Of a stretch of DNA of 64,000 nucleotides, positions 34,396 through 44,658 are shown one piece after another. Every line of letters starts with the position of its first letter. Position 1 is the first letter of the stretch. The stretch is taken from contig CAZJOZ010000004.1 in the NCBI GenBank assembly GCA_964547775.1, positions 4,286-68,285 of the forward strand, in the 5' to 3' direction. Made by a program: the position numbers and the translations under genes. Source of the DNA: an uncultured Leucobacter sp. GTDB lineage: Bacteria > Actinomycetota > Actinomycetes > Actinomycetales > Microbacteriaceae. A model generated the notes under the pieces. It was given only the letters and a program-made list of their open reading frames with translations. It searched no databases and was not told the origin of the DNA.

Positions 34396-34421
34396 TCAAC
34401 CCTCAACCTCTACCTTAAGGT
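34396..34421. promoter_or_regulatory. Putative FtsR (MerR-type) binding box upstream of ftsZ
   Basis: TCAACCC-TCAACCTCTACCTTAAGGT. Similar to the site at 62959-62983 and to the C. glutamicum FtsR site as I recall it. Confidence 0.6.
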
Positions 34422-34501
34422 GAAAGTTAGTATTCGGGTATACGTTTTACGGTTCTCACGCTAAAGGTCTGGAACGACCTCACGCAGACGACACGCCGGG
34501 A

Positions 34502-35692
34502 CTACGTGAAGACGGGCGCCTCAGGTGCTGAGACGTCAATAAAAGAGGGCGTGCCGATCGCACCGATTAAGGCTTCGAGAACAATCGCTTTCCGTTGCGT
34601 ATCAGCGACATCGCCCCACAACACCTGCGTGCCCGAGTCGAGGGTAAAGGTCACATCTTGAGCGTTTGTTGCCTGAGCCGCAACCAAACGATCGCGTAGT
34701 GAACTCGGCAAATCGCGAATCACTGATGCGACAGCCCCGAACGCAGGGGACGCGGTGTCCTGGAGTTCCGCTGATGCAAGGGGCACTCCGACGGGACGTT
34801 CAGAGACTCTGTCAATCAGCACCCCCGCTGGATCGCGAAGGTCGAAGCCGTCTTCCCGCTCATACGCCAGCACTGGCATCCGCTCTTCAACGCGGATCAG
34901 GAGAGTATGAGGCGGTATACGCTCAGTGGCGTAACTCTTGATCACGGGGAACAGCTCGAGGGCTCGATGCACCTCTTGGTCATCAACCAGCGCAAGGGGC
35001 ACGCCCTGGAACTTCTCGAGCGCACCCTCGATCTCGCTCGCACTCACCGTAGCGGCACCCTGCACGCGAATATCACGCACTGCCATAATCGGCGTATAGA
35101 CCCCGATCGCGACAAACAGTGCGAGCAAGAGCACCGCACCAATACCCACGAACCATCGACGACGACGTACCCGCTGGTGCGCGGTGAAGCGTTTCCGCTC
35201 ACCTCGTTCCCGCTGGCGTCGCTCCCGCTCCGCGAGCCGGAGGGCTTGTTTCGCCTGCCGCACGCCATCGCCCGGCCCTCCCCAACGCAAGATGCTTCGA
35301 GCCGGCTGAACAGGCACAGGAAGACTTTCAACACCGCCGCTGTCGCCGTCACGTTCGAAATGGTCGCGCATGGGTGTCCCCATCGGCACCACTGGCGCCA
35401 CGGGGGCGTCGCGCTCTGGCTCGGCCCACTCACCAACCTCGGGGATCACGGGAGGGTTCTGAGTGTTCCGCGCTGAGCCAGGAATCGCATCAGACGGAGC
35501 GGTGAGCCTCGGCGCTTTGACGCCCGATCCGGGTTCGGCACTGTTCGTTTCGGGATGGCTCATGCCCGACTCTGGTTCGGAGGTCGACGGAGTGCGACCT
35601 GATGCTCGCACTCGGTCAATCAGAGACGATCTTTTTGATTCCTCGGCAATGGGACGAGGCCGTTCCTGATCGAAACCCGAGGGACGCTTCAT
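34502..35692 (-). CDS. ftsQ: Cell division protein FtsQ/DivIB
   Basis: Long disordered N-terminus, Arg-rich stretch, single TM, POTRA domain, ends [11 protein letters not shown]. Confidence 0.92.
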   Translation of the reverse strand: MKRPSGFDQERPRPIAEESKRSSLIDRVRASGRTPSTSEPESGMSHPETNSAEPGSGVKAPRLTAPSDAIPGSARNTQNPPVIPEVGEWAEPERDAPVAPVVPMGTPMRDHFERDGDSGGVESLPVPVQPARSILRWGGPGDGVRQAKQALRLAERERRQRERGERKRFTAHQRVRRRRWFVGIGAVLLLALFVAIGVYTPIMAVRDIRVQGAATVSASEIEGALEKFQGVPLALVDDQEVHRALELFPVIKSYATERIPPHTLLIRVEERMPVLAYEREDGFDLRDPAGVLIDRVSERPVGVPLASAELQDTASPAFGAVASVIRDLPSSLRDRLVAAQATNAQDVTFTLDSGTQVLWGDVADTQRKAIVLEALIGAIGTPSFIDVSAPEAPVFT

Positions 35693-37110
35693 ACCTGCTC
35701 AAATCGCCGTTTCAGTGATTCAACGATTTGAGGGATGATCTGATAGACCGTGCCGCAACTCATCGTCACCATGACGTCTCCGGGCTGAGCAAAATCCGCG
35801 AGATAGTCTGCCGCTTCTTGCCAGTCGGGCAAATAGGCAACCTTCTCAGGGGACACAAAATCATTGGAGACGAGCGCCCCAGTGACTCCGTCGACGGGAT
35901 CTTCGCGTGCACCATCGACCGCGAGCACGACCGTATGATCTGCTCCTCGTTCAAGCGCCTCAGCAAACTCGGCGTGAAACAGTTTCGTACGGCTATACAA
36001 GTGAGGCTGGTGCACGGCGATGAGGCGCCCGTCGCCAACGACGGCCCGGGCTGCTGAGAGCAACGCTGCCACCTCTGTGGGGTGATGAGCATAATCGTCG
36101 TACACCCTGACACCACCAACGTCTGCGTGGAACTCAAACCGTCGTTTGGTGCCACCAAATGTGGAGATTGCGGAAAGCGCTTCCTGCGCATCAATACCGA
36201 GCCCGACCATCACGGCAAGGGCACCAACTGCATTCACTGCGTTATAACTGCCGTACACGTGCAGTGCCGACTGATACGTTTCTCCGTTCACGGTAACGGA
36301 GAACCGCACCGGGCCGCTGTCGTCAATATCGATGATCCTGATGTCGGCCTCAGAATCAATGCCGAACGTCACGATGCGAGGGTCATCCGGCTGGGGGTTC
36401 GACCGCAATTCTTCGAGCACTTCACGCGCCCCAGGATCATCCGCGGAGATCACCACCAGTTCGCGAGCCCCTCGTGCGAACTCCACGAACGCTGCCATGA
36501 ACGCTTCACGCGACCCGTAGAAATCGAGGTGCTCAGGATCAACGTTCGTGATCAATGCCACGGCAGTGTCATACAGCAAGAATGACTTGTCACTCTCGTC
36601 TGCTTCGATCACGAAGAGGTCCTCGGCTCCCACGCCGGAACTCACCCCGAGTGACTCAATGATTCCGCCATTCACAAATGATGGGTCTTTACCAACCCCG
36701 ATCAGGCCAGTCACCAGCATCCCGGTCGAGGTCGTCTTTCCGTGCGCACCCGCAACGGACACCACACGTCGCCCTCGAGAGAGCCAGGCGAGTGCTTGCG
36801 AGCGGTGAAGCACCGGTATGTCATGCGCCAAGGCGTACTGGTACTCCGGATTGTCTTGCCAGAGGGCTCCCGTGACCACGAGGGTATCGGCATCTCCGAC
36901 GTGCGCAGCGTCATGGCCAATGTGTACAGGAATTCCCAGTGCCTCTAATGCCTCAGTGCTGTAGTTTGCACTTCTGTCGCTGCCTGTCACGCGCACCCCT
37001 GCATCGTGGAGCATCCGCGCAATGCCACTCATTCCTGAGCCGCCAATGCCAACAAAGTGGACGTTTCCCAGGTGGTCCGGGATGGTGGCCGAGAGGTCAG
37101 GATAAATCAT
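35689..37110 (-). CDS. murC: UDP-N-acetylmuramate--amino acid ligase MurC
   Basis: [35 protein letters not shown]. Start moved to ATG 37110. Confidence 0.96.
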   Translation of the reverse strand: MIYPDLSATIPDHLGNVHFVGIGGSGMSGIARMLHDAGVRVTGSDRSANYSTEALEALGIPVHIGHDAAHVGDADTLVVTGALWQDNPEYQYALAHDIPVLHRSQALAWLSRGRRVVSVAGAHGKTTSTGMLVTGLIGVGKDPSFVNGGIIESLGVSSGVGAEDLFVIEADESDKSFLLYDTAVALITNVDPEHLDFYGSREAFMAAFVEFARGARELVVISADDPGAREVLEELRSNPQPDDPRIVTFGIDSEADIRIIDIDDSGPVRFSVTVNGETYQSALHVYGSYNAVNAVGALAVMVGLGIDAQEALSAISTFGGTKRRFEFHADVGGVRVYDDYAHHPTEVAALLSAARAVVGDGRLIAVHQPHLYSRTKLFHAEFAEALERGADHTVVLAVDGAREDPVDGVTGALVSNDFVSPEKVAYLPDWQEAADYLADFAQPGDVMVTMSCGTVYQIIPQIVESLKRRFEQV

Positions 37111-38200
37111 CGGGTCTCCTTCGCGGGTTTGCTTCGAGTGCTTCCCGCACAAGATCGTACAGCCGCTCCGTGCCATGCAGTGATCCGACGCTTCTTGCCG
37201 CGTCACCCATCGCCGTGAGATCCGACTCACGTGAGAACAGTGGAATCAGGATGGTGCGGACCCAGTCCGGGGTGAATTCGTGGTCTTCAACCAGCAGCGC
37301 GCCGCCCGCAGTAACGACACCTGCGGCATTAAACCGCTGCTCTCCATTGCCTTGCGCGTATGGAACAAACACCGCTGGAATGCCGAGGCCAGAAAGCTCA
37401 CTCACGGTCGTTGAACCTGCTCGAGCTACCGCAATATCTGCCGCAGCGAACGCGAGATCCATTCGATCGCAGTACTCGATAACGTGATATCCGGGAAGAC
37501 CGGGATCACGGAGTTCAGTCAGCCCTCCCCACACATGGAGCACCTGCACACCCGACGCAACAAGCTCACTCGCCGCCGCGGCAACGGTCTCATTAATCGC
37601 TTTTGCACCAAGCGATCCTCCGGTCACCAGGAGCGTTCGCCGGTCAGGCTCCAGTCCGAGGGCAATTCTTGCGGGCTCTCGTTGAGCTACGCGATCCAGC
37701 GTTGTGATTTCGCGGCGCAGCGGCATCCCGGTAACCCGCGCATGACGGATTGGTGTGCCCGCAAACGTGACGCCAACGTAAGGCGTGCGCAACGCCCCTT
37801 GACGGTTTGCGAGACCAGGTTTTGCATTCGCTTCGTGGATCACATAGGGCACCCGCTCGAGATACGCTGCACGGTAAGCCGGCGCCGATGCGTAGCCGCC
37901 AAATCCGACCACAATATCGACCCCGCGCTGCCTGATGAGTGATCGGACCTCTCGCACGGCGCGGCGGTAGCGAGCGGGAAATGTCAGCGCATATGCATTG
38001 ATGCGACGGGGAAACGGGAGTCGTTCAATCGTCAGAAGCTCATATCCGCGTTGCGGCACCAGACGGGACTCCAGCCCTTCTTTGGTGCCAAGTACCGCGA
38101 TATTCGCATCTTGCTCTCTCGCCACAATTTCGTCGGCAAGCGCAAGGAGTGGATTCACGTGCCCGGCTGTGCCTCCACCTGCCAGGAGATACGTAGTCAT
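37097..38200 (-). CDS. murG: Lipid II GlcNAc transferase MurG
   Basis: [40 protein letters not shown]. Confidence 0.97.
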   Translation of the reverse strand: MTTYLLAGGGTAGHVNPLLALADEIVAREQDANIAVLGTKEGLESRLVPQRGYELLTIERLPFPRRINAYALTFPARYRRAVREVRSLIRQRGVDIVVGFGGYASAPAYRAAYLERVPYVIHEANAKPGLANRQGALRTPYVGVTFAGTPIRHARVTGMPLRREITTLDRVAQREPARIALGLEPDRRTLLVTGGSLGAKAINETVAAAASELVASGVQVLHVWGGLTELRDPGLPGYHVIEYCDRMDLAFAAADIAVARAGSTTVSELSGLGIPAVFVPYAQGNGEQRFNAAGVVTAGGALLVEDHEFTPDWVRTILIPLFSRESDLTAMGDAARSVGSLHGTERLYDLVREALEANPRRRPDDLS

Positions 38201-39429
38201 CGAGCCCCTCCCCCTGCCTCTTTCAGTTCCGCTTGATACTGCTCACCATCTCGAGCAAGAGAAATCACCACGCCCATGGCCAGCAGACACGCGATGAGGG
38301 CCGTACCTCCCGCACTAATCAACGGTAGTGGCACGCCGAGCACCGGAAAAACTCGGATCACCACCCCGATATTGATGAATGCTTGGCCAACAATCCACAC
38401 CAGAATCCCGCCGATGACGGTACGGCCAAAGCGATCACGGGCTCGACCGATCGCCCGAAGCATCGCAAGAGCAAGCACGACGTAGAGGCTAATAACCAGG
38501 AGTGCACCAACAAGACCGAGTTCCTCACCAATAATGGCAAAAATGTAGTCATTGTCTGCTGCGGGAAGCCACGACCACTTCGCTTTGGAATTCCCGAGAC
38601 CGGAACCGAAGGCACCTCCGCCTGCAAGGGCCCAGACACCATGAAGCGGCTGCCAACCCGCGCCGGAATAGTCTGCATTTCCGTCGGTGAAGCTGAACAA
38701 CCGTCGCATGCGATTCTCACTGGTGACCACCAGGAGGATCACCCCAAACAGCGCGGTTCCGGCTGTAATACCAATCGCTTTCCAGCTCAGACCACCAAAA
38801 TACATGGCACCGAGCACTGCGAGACCCATCACCATCGCGGTTCCTAGGTCACGTCCCAGCAGCACCAGCCCGAGGGCGATCGCCGCGCCCGGCAGAATCA
38901 CCGGTATCAACTCGTGCTTCACCTGGCCTAAGAGCGGTTCTTTCTTCGCCAGGATCACACCGATCCAGACGATAAGCGCAAGCTTGAGAAGCTCTGAAGG
39001 TTGCCCTCCAAACCCGCCAATTTGAATCCAGTTTCGGTTACCGTACACCTCCACACCGAGCGGCGAAAAGACAAGAAGCTGAAGGGCGAGGCCGATGCCG
39101 AGCAGCCACCACGCCCATCGTTTCCAGAAGCTGACAGGAAACCGTGCTACGACCAACATCAGCGGCACGCCGATCAGCGCATACGTTGCCTGCCGCCAAA
39201 AACCGCCGAGGAATCCGCTGTTCCCAAGGTATGACGTGATCGAGGATGATGACAACACCATGATCAACCCGATACCGAGGAGCAGAAAGGTAATCGCGTA
39301 CAGCAATGCGATGGTCAACGCAGACGACTGCATCCCCGAACTCTTGCCAAGACGAATTCTCGAAATTCCCAGCTTCGCGCCCAGTTGCACCGGTTCGGTT
39401 GGTTGCTGAAAGGTCGTCACACGCGTCAC
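38197..39429 (-). CDS. ftsW: Lipid II polymerase/flippase FtsW
   Basis: SEDS motifs QPSELLK, GRDLGT, NDYIFAIIGEELG, PLISAGGT. Confidence 0.95.
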   Translation of the reverse strand: MTRVTTFQQPTEPVQLGAKLGISRIRLGKSSGMQSSALTIALLYAITFLLLGIGLIMVLSSSSITSYLGNSGFLGGFWRQATYALIGVPLMLVVARFPVSFWKRWAWWLLGIGLALQLLVFSPLGVEVYGNRNWIQIGGFGGQPSELLKLALIVWIGVILAKKEPLLGQVKHELIPVILPGAAIALGLVLLGRDLGTAMVMGLAVLGAMYFGGLSWKAIGITAGTALFGVILLVVTSENRMRRLFSFTDGNADYSGAGWQPLHGVWALAGGGAFGSGLGNSKAKWSWLPAADNDYIFAIIGEELGLVGALLVISLYVVLALAMLRAIGRARDRFGRTVIGGILVWIVGQAFINIGVVIRVFPVLGVPLPLISAGGTALIACLLAMGVVISLARDGEQYQAELKEAGGGAR

Positions 39430-39534
39430 CTCCGCAACACCAATTCGCGTGATTCAAGTGTGCACTGCTGGCGCCATATTTCCCCACACCAAGGGAGCGT
39501 GTCGCCAAAGAACACCTCCTGCGAGGAGGGGCAT

Positions 39535-40584
39535 TCAGTCCTGGCTATAGAACCGATGCACCGCGGCGGCAATCTGCTCAGGTGACACGCCACGGGCGCG
39601 GGCGAGAGCGGCTGCGGCAAGAATCTGTTGCACCGTATGCGGTGTATTGACACTGTACTCGGCGAGCTCTTCAAGCGAGAGCAGCTCGAGGGCTTCGCGA
39701 CGCCGTTCCGGGTGAAAGCCACGGTCAATGAGCAGCCCCTCGACCATGCCGAGGCCGCTCGGCGGGGGCGTATCCAGGCCAAAGCTGATCGCACGTGCAC
39801 CCTCAACAACGTCTGCCTCTTCTACCATCAGCTCAGTTGAGGCATCGGCGCGATTATAGACACAGGCAATTCTGGTGTTTTCATACACTTTGGCGAGTGC
39901 TCGCCGATGTTCGAGGGGATCTTCGTGTGCACCTGAGGCTGAGGCGTCAAAGGTGAAACATACACTCGCGAACGGTGACATGTGGTCGATCCAGTGCAAC
40001 TGTTCACTGGAGAGATCAAGCACCAGTGCATCGTAGCCCTGAGGGTCACGAATAGCATCCAAGACAGGCATACCACCCCTACCAACTGGCGCTACCCGGA
40101 GATCGCCCTCGTAGAGCATATGAGCCGTTAATTCGGCAATACCCGGCGCTCCGTGAGAACCGGCCACGCAGATCCAATCTGCCACCCGCGGGGTCTTATC
40201 ACGCAAACGCCAGGCGAGGTCGGCGTCGCTCCAGACATGAGCGTCCCGGGCGCGAGCCCATTCGACAACCGGATCGTCAAGGGGTGTCACGGGAGTGACC
40301 ACCACAAGATCTGGATTGAACAGTTGAAATTCTTCGAGCACCGCGTCACGCGACACCTCACGGTGTTCTGCGCCAATAACCTCGAGGAGCCGAACTCGCT
40401 CGGGATCCGAGGCGGTGTGAATGACACGTACGTCGCTGCCGAGTTCTGTGAGGGTGTCTGCGATGGAAAAACCAATCTCCCCCAGGCCATACACCCCTAC
40501 GGTGAGACCGGACCAATCATCGTGCCAACTCGCGAGTGAGTCGAGCCGCTGCTGCGCCGTCGCACTCACTGCCGCAGGGTCCAT
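39535..40584 (-). CDS. murD: Degenerate, C-terminally truncated MurD homologue (probable pseudoenzyme)
   Basis: Syntenic slot between mraY and ftsW and MurD-like N-terminus ([19 protein letters not shown]). P-loop is GSHGAPG, ELSS motif reads DLSSEQL, and the ORF stops where the third domain would begin (349 aa). Confidence 0.85.
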   Translation of the reverse strand: MDPAAVSATAQQRLDSLASWHDDWSGLTVGVYGLGEIGFSIADTLTELGSDVRVIHTASDPERVRLLEVIGAEHREVSRDAVLEEFQLFNPDLVVVTPVTPLDDPVVEWARARDAHVWSDADLAWRLRDKTPRVADWICVAGSHGAPGIAELTAHMLYEGDLRVAPVGRGGMPVLDAIRDPQGYDALVLDLSSEQLHWIDHMSPFASVCFTFDASASGAHEDPLEHRRALAKVYENTRIACVYNRADASTELMVEEADVVEGARAISFGLDTPPPSGLGMVEGLLIDRGFHPERRREALELLSLEELAEYSVNTPHTVQQILAAAALARARGVSPEQIAAAVHRFYSQD

Positions 40585-41648
40585 TCTGCGTAGAGGGCAC
40601 CGATCCCTGACAGCACGAACAGGCCGGCAATAATCCAGAAGCGGACAACCACTTTGGTTTCATCCCACCCCTTCAGCTCGAAGTGATGGTGAATGGGACT
40701 CATGCGGAAGATCCGTTTACCCTTGGTGATCTTGAAGTACGCCCGTTGCACAATCACTGAGCCAGACTCAATGACGAAGAGGCCACCGATCAGTACGAGA
40801 AGCAGTTCGGTGTGGGTCAGAATCGCGAACGCCGCAATGGCACCTCCGAGACCCAGCGAGCCAGTATCGCCCATATAAATTTGGGCAGGGTTTGCATTCC
40901 ACCACAGGAATCCGATCAGTCCACCGACGAGTGCACCGGCAAACACCGCGAGGTCCAGAGGATCTCGCACCTCGTAACACCCAGGCTCAATACCTCGCGC
41001 ACACAGCTGGTTGAATTGCCAGAATGCGATGACTGCATATGCGCCGATCGCGAGTATCGATGCGCCGCCGGCAAGCCCGTCGAGACCATCCGTCACATTG
41101 ACCGAATTCGACGCGCTCGTGACGATCACAATGATCCACAGCAGAAAGAGAATCAGTCCAAGGACCGAGCCGAGTGACATGAAGTCGAACGGCAGGTCGC
41201 GGATGAACGAAATATGTGTGCTCGCAGGCGTGAGTCCATTCTGATCAGCAAATTGAATGGCCAACAGCCCAAACGTGACGGCCACAATGACCTGCCCGGC
41301 GATTTTTGCCCAGCCACCAAGCCCGAGGGATTGCTGCTTCCGTGTTTTCAAGAAATCATCGATGAACCCGACCGCCCCGAGTCCAACGGTCATGAGAATT
41401 GCCAGCACTGCCGACGCGCTCGGCGCGGTGCCCGTGATGCCGTGCGCCGCAAAATAGCCGATCACCGCCCCCGAAATAAAAATGAGGCCACCCATCGTCG
41501 GGGTACCACGTTTTGCATAGTGGGATTGGGGTCCATCCTCACGAATGAACTGTCCCCATTTCAATCGACGAAATCCACGAATGAACAAGGGTGTCAGGAA
41601 CAGACTGAACAGCAACGACAGTCCTGCGGCGATAAGGAGGTTGATCAT
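40566..41648 (-). CDS. mraY: Phospho-N-acetylmuramoyl-pentapeptide transferase
   Basis: [46 protein letters not shown]. Confidence 0.97.
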   Translation of the reverse strand: MINLLIAAGLSLLFSLFLTPLFIRGFRRLKWGQFIREDGPQSHYAKRGTPTMGGLIFISGAVIGYFAAHGITGTAPSASAVLAILMTVGLGAVGFIDDFLKTRKQQSLGLGGWAKIAGQVIVAVTFGLLAIQFADQNGLTPASTHISFIRDLPFDFMSLGSVLGLILFLLWIIVIVTSASNSVNVTDGLDGLAGGASILAIGAYAVIAFWQFNQLCARGIEPGCYEVRDPLDLAVFAGALVGGLIGFLWWNANPAQIYMGDTGSLGLGGAIAAFAILTHTELLLVLIGGLFVIESGSVIVQRAYFKITKGKRIFRMSPIHHHFELKGWDETKVVVRFWIIAGLFVLSGIGALYAEWTLRQ

Positions 41649-43051
41649 GCGAGCGCCTCCCCCAGCCGGTCCCCGAGCGCCTGCAACCCTGCCGAATTTG
41701 AGCCTTTGACAAGGATCACATCACGGGGGCGCACACGACTCATGAGGTATGCGAATGCTTCGTCTTGATCTTCGACGAACACACTCTCTCCGTCCCACGA
41801 TCCCTCATTGATCGCACTGATGTGCAGGCGGCGCGCTTCGGCACCAACCACGATCAGTTCACTAATGCCGAGTCGTACTGCGAGCAATCCAAGTTGATCG
41901 TGTGCCTCTCCGGAGAACTCGCCGAGCTCCGCCATCTTTCCCAGCACGGCGACCGTGCGAGACGAGGGATCCGCGATGAGAGCGAGTGTTTTGAGCGCGG
42001 CCCGCATGCTGTCGGGGCTCGCATTGTATGCATCGTTAATGACCGTAATGCCGTCGCGACACGGGAGGACTTGCATTCGCCCCGGTGCCGCAATCGTGGC
42101 TGCTTCGAGGGTGGTGACAATGTCGTCAATTCCCATTCCGAGTTCCGTCGCAACGGCCGCAGCGGCAAGAGCGTTCATGACGTGGTGCTCACCAAGAACC
42201 TGAAAGTGTACGTTCTTCGACTGGCTGCCCACCCACAGGGTGAAGGTTGTGCCCGAAGCAGATGCGACGACCTCGCTTGCGCGAACATGCGCATCATCTC
42301 GCAGTCCGAACCACACGACTCTCGCGGAGGTAAGGTCGGCCATTTTCGCAACCCACGGGTCATCTCTGTTGAGCACGGCGACCGCATCGTCGGGCAGATC
42401 ACGAACCATTTCTGATTTTGCTGCAAACGTCCCCTCAATTCCGCCGAACTCGCCAACGTGGGCGAGACCAACAGAGAGCACGACAGCAATGTGCGGGGGT
42501 GCCATGGTCGTCAGACGAGCAATTTCGCCTGATGCACTCGCACCCATTTCAGCCACTAATATCTCGGTACCCGATTCAACCCGTAGCATCGTCAGAGGCC
42601 CACCAACTTCATTGTTGAATGACTTCTCACTTGCCACGGTTGACCCGATTTGCTCTGCCATAGCGGCAACAAGGTTCTTAGTCGTTGTCTTGCCGTTGGA
42701 TCCGGTGATCGCCACAATTCGAAATGCGTGATCCTCCAATTTGCGCGCTATCACGAATTGCGCCAGCAGCCCGAGCGCGACCGTGGCGTCCTCGACCACC
42801 ACCTGTGGCACTCGTTCCTCGCCTTCGTGCTCGACGATCAGCAAGGCGGCTCCACGCTCTACCGCCTGTGGCACGAATCGATGGCCATCGGTGGTCTCAC
42901 CGCGTCGCGCAACAAATATCTGCCCGGGCTGCACCTCACGGGAATCGGTTTGTGCTGCGCCACGTATGCGCTGCGAAGGGTCACCGTCAGGGTTCATCAC
43001 GAGCCGGCCTCCCACAGCGCACGCGATCTCATCCGGTGTCAATGCAATCAC
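41645..43051 (-). CDS. murF: UDP-MurNAc-tripeptide--D-Ala-D-Ala ligase
   Basis: [31 protein letters not shown]. Confidence 0.96.
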   Translation of the reverse strand: MIALTPDEIACAVGGRLVMNPDGDPSQRIRGAAQTDSREVQPGQIFVARRGETTDGHRFVPQAVERGAALLIVEHEGEERVPQVVVEDATVALGLLAQFVIARKLEDHAFRIVAITGSNGKTTTKNLVAAMAEQIGSTVASEKSFNNEVGGPLTMLRVESGTEILVAEMGASASGEIARLTTMAPPHIAVVLSVGLAHVGEFGGIEGTFAAKSEMVRDLPDDAVAVLNRDDPWVAKMADLTSARVVWFGLRDDAHVRASEVVASASGTTFTLWVGSQSKNVHFQVLGEHHVMNALAAAAVATELGMGIDDIVTTLEAATIAAPGRMQVLPCRDGITVINDAYNASPDSMRAALKTLALIADPSSRTVAVLGKMAELGEFSGEAHDQLGLLAVRLGISELIVVGAEARRLHISAINEGSWDGESVFVEDQDEAFAYLMSRVRPRDVILVKGSNSAGLQALGDRLGEALA

Positions 43052-44613
43052 TCAAGCAGTCCTGCCTCGCGGAGAGCTCCGCGTACCTCATCCCTTGCCG
43101 AATACGCAACCTGCACGCCAGCAATGTCCTGATGCTCTTCATGACCAGGGCCCGCATACAGAATAACGTCGCCTGGTCGCGCGAGCGAAATAGCCAGACG
43201 AATCGCAGCCCTCGGATCTGGCTCTTCATACACCTCGGCACGTGCGGCATCATGAGCACCTGCAAGTAACTGTTGGCGTATAGCTGCGGGGTCCTCAGTC
43301 CGCGGGTGGTAGTCACAGATGATCACCACATCGCTCCCCCGAGCGGCGATTCGCCCCATCTCCTCGCGCTTCGATTGATCCCGATCGCCATCGGCACCGA
43401 ACATAAAGATAATCCGCCCCTGGGTGACTTCGCTTAAGGCATCGAGCGTGGCCCGGAATGCTCCAGGGGTATGACCGTAGTCCACGAAGAAACGTATCTT
43501 TGCGTCGGTCGGTTCCTGGGCAAGCTCTTTGGGAGTGATTTCTTCAAGCCTGCCCGGGATGTAGACAGGAATGACACCGCGATCGAGTCCATCCGCAACC
43601 CGCTCAAGGCTCACCCCTGCTTCATGCAGCATGATCAGCGCAAGCGCAGCGTTCTCTGCCATGAACCGCCCAAACATCGGCACAGATCCACGAAAATACT
43701 GACCGGCAGGACCTTGCAACACAAAGCCGACCCCATCGAGACTTTGCCAGGTTACGGCAAGGTGCCAGTCCGCATCCACCCCAAACTCGGTGGAAAGCGT
43801 TGCCACGGGAATGCGGGATTCCCGAGCGATTCGTTGGCCGTGCACGGTATCTACCACGACAACCCCGCGTTCGGCGCGTTCGGGCGAGAAGAGAGACAGC
43901 TTTGCCTGGAAATAGGTTTCCATATCACCAAAATCGTCCAGGTGATCCTGCGAAAAATTATTGAAGGCAACCACATTGAAATGGAGGCCGTCAATTCTTC
44001 TGCGGACTGTGGCGTGCGCCGACACTTCAATGGTGATCGCTTCTGCGCCCTCCTCGTGCATCCTCGCAAGCAATGCATGGAGTTCGGGGGCTTCGGGGCT
44101 CGTCAGCCCGGAAGGCATCACGGTGCCATTGACTCGCCGTTCGGCAGTTGAGCTGAGTCCTGAACGAAACCCAGCCCGGCGAAGCAGCTCGTCAAGCAAA
44201 TAGACAACGCTCGTCTTCCCATTTGTCCCCGTCACTCCAAAGGTGATGCGCTGACATGCGTTCGTCGCATACACCTTCGCCGAGAGCTGTCCGAGTACCG
44301 CGCGAGCCTCGTCAGGGGTTACCAGTATGGGCACCTCAGCCCCCGCCTGCTGCACCAGAGAAAGCGCTGACTCGTCGCAGAACACCGCCACGGCGCCCCG
44401 CGAAACTGCGTCTGAAAGGTAATCCGCCCCGTGTGTGCGCGCACCCGGAATCGCGGCATACAAGTCGCCCGGCCGAACATCCCGGGAGTCGAGGGTCACG
44501 CCTCGAACCAGAACGCCGTCAGTATTGCCGAGAATACGCATGCCGAACTCTGTGCGAAGAGTTTCGAGCGTCAGCGGAAGTTGACGCGTTGGGCGAATGG
44601 TCTTGCTGGTCAC
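43048..44613 (-). CDS. murE: UDP-MurNAc-dipeptide--third amino acid ligase
   Basis: GVTGTNGKTS, TSPEAP, EVSAH, SQDHLD, FVDYGHTP; specificity loop reads DYHPR. Confidence 0.95.
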   Translation of the reverse strand: MTSKTIRPTRQLPLTLETLRTEFGMRILGNTDGVLVRGVTLDSRDVRPGDLYAAIPGARTHGADYLSDAVSRGAVAVFCDESALSLVQQAGAEVPILVTPDEARAVLGQLSAKVYATNACQRITFGVTGTNGKTSVVYLLDELLRRAGFRSGLSSTAERRVNGTVMPSGLTSPEAPELHALLARMHEEGAEAITIEVSAHATVRRRIDGLHFNVVAFNNFSQDHLDDFGDMETYFQAKLSLFSPERAERGVVVVDTVHGQRIARESRIPVATLSTEFGVDADWHLAVTWQSLDGVGFVLQGPAGQYFRGSVPMFGRFMAENAALALIMLHEAGVSLERVADGLDRGVIPVYIPGRLEEITPKELAQEPTDAKIRFFVDYGHTPGAFRATLDALSEVTQGRIIFMFGADGDRDQSKREEMGRIAARGSDVVIICDYHPRTEDPAAIRQQLLAGAHDAARAEVYEEPDPRAAIRLAISLARPGDVILYAGPGHEEHQDIAGVQVAYSARDEVRGALREAGLLE

Positions 44614-44658
44614 CTGATGATCCTACCCACGACCGAGGGAGCTCGGCAGTAGCCTCGC

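Noticed and set aside
34900-35692. Long low-complexity N-terminal extension of FtsQ
   Set aside because: Long disordered cytoplasmic tails are usual in actinobacterial FtsQ.
39426-39809. 127-aa alternate-frame ORF spanning the murD 3' end, considered as a frameshifted C-terminal domain
   Set aside because: Its translation shows no MurD domain-3 motif (e.g. DSKATN), and only 105 nt lie between the murD stop and ftsW.
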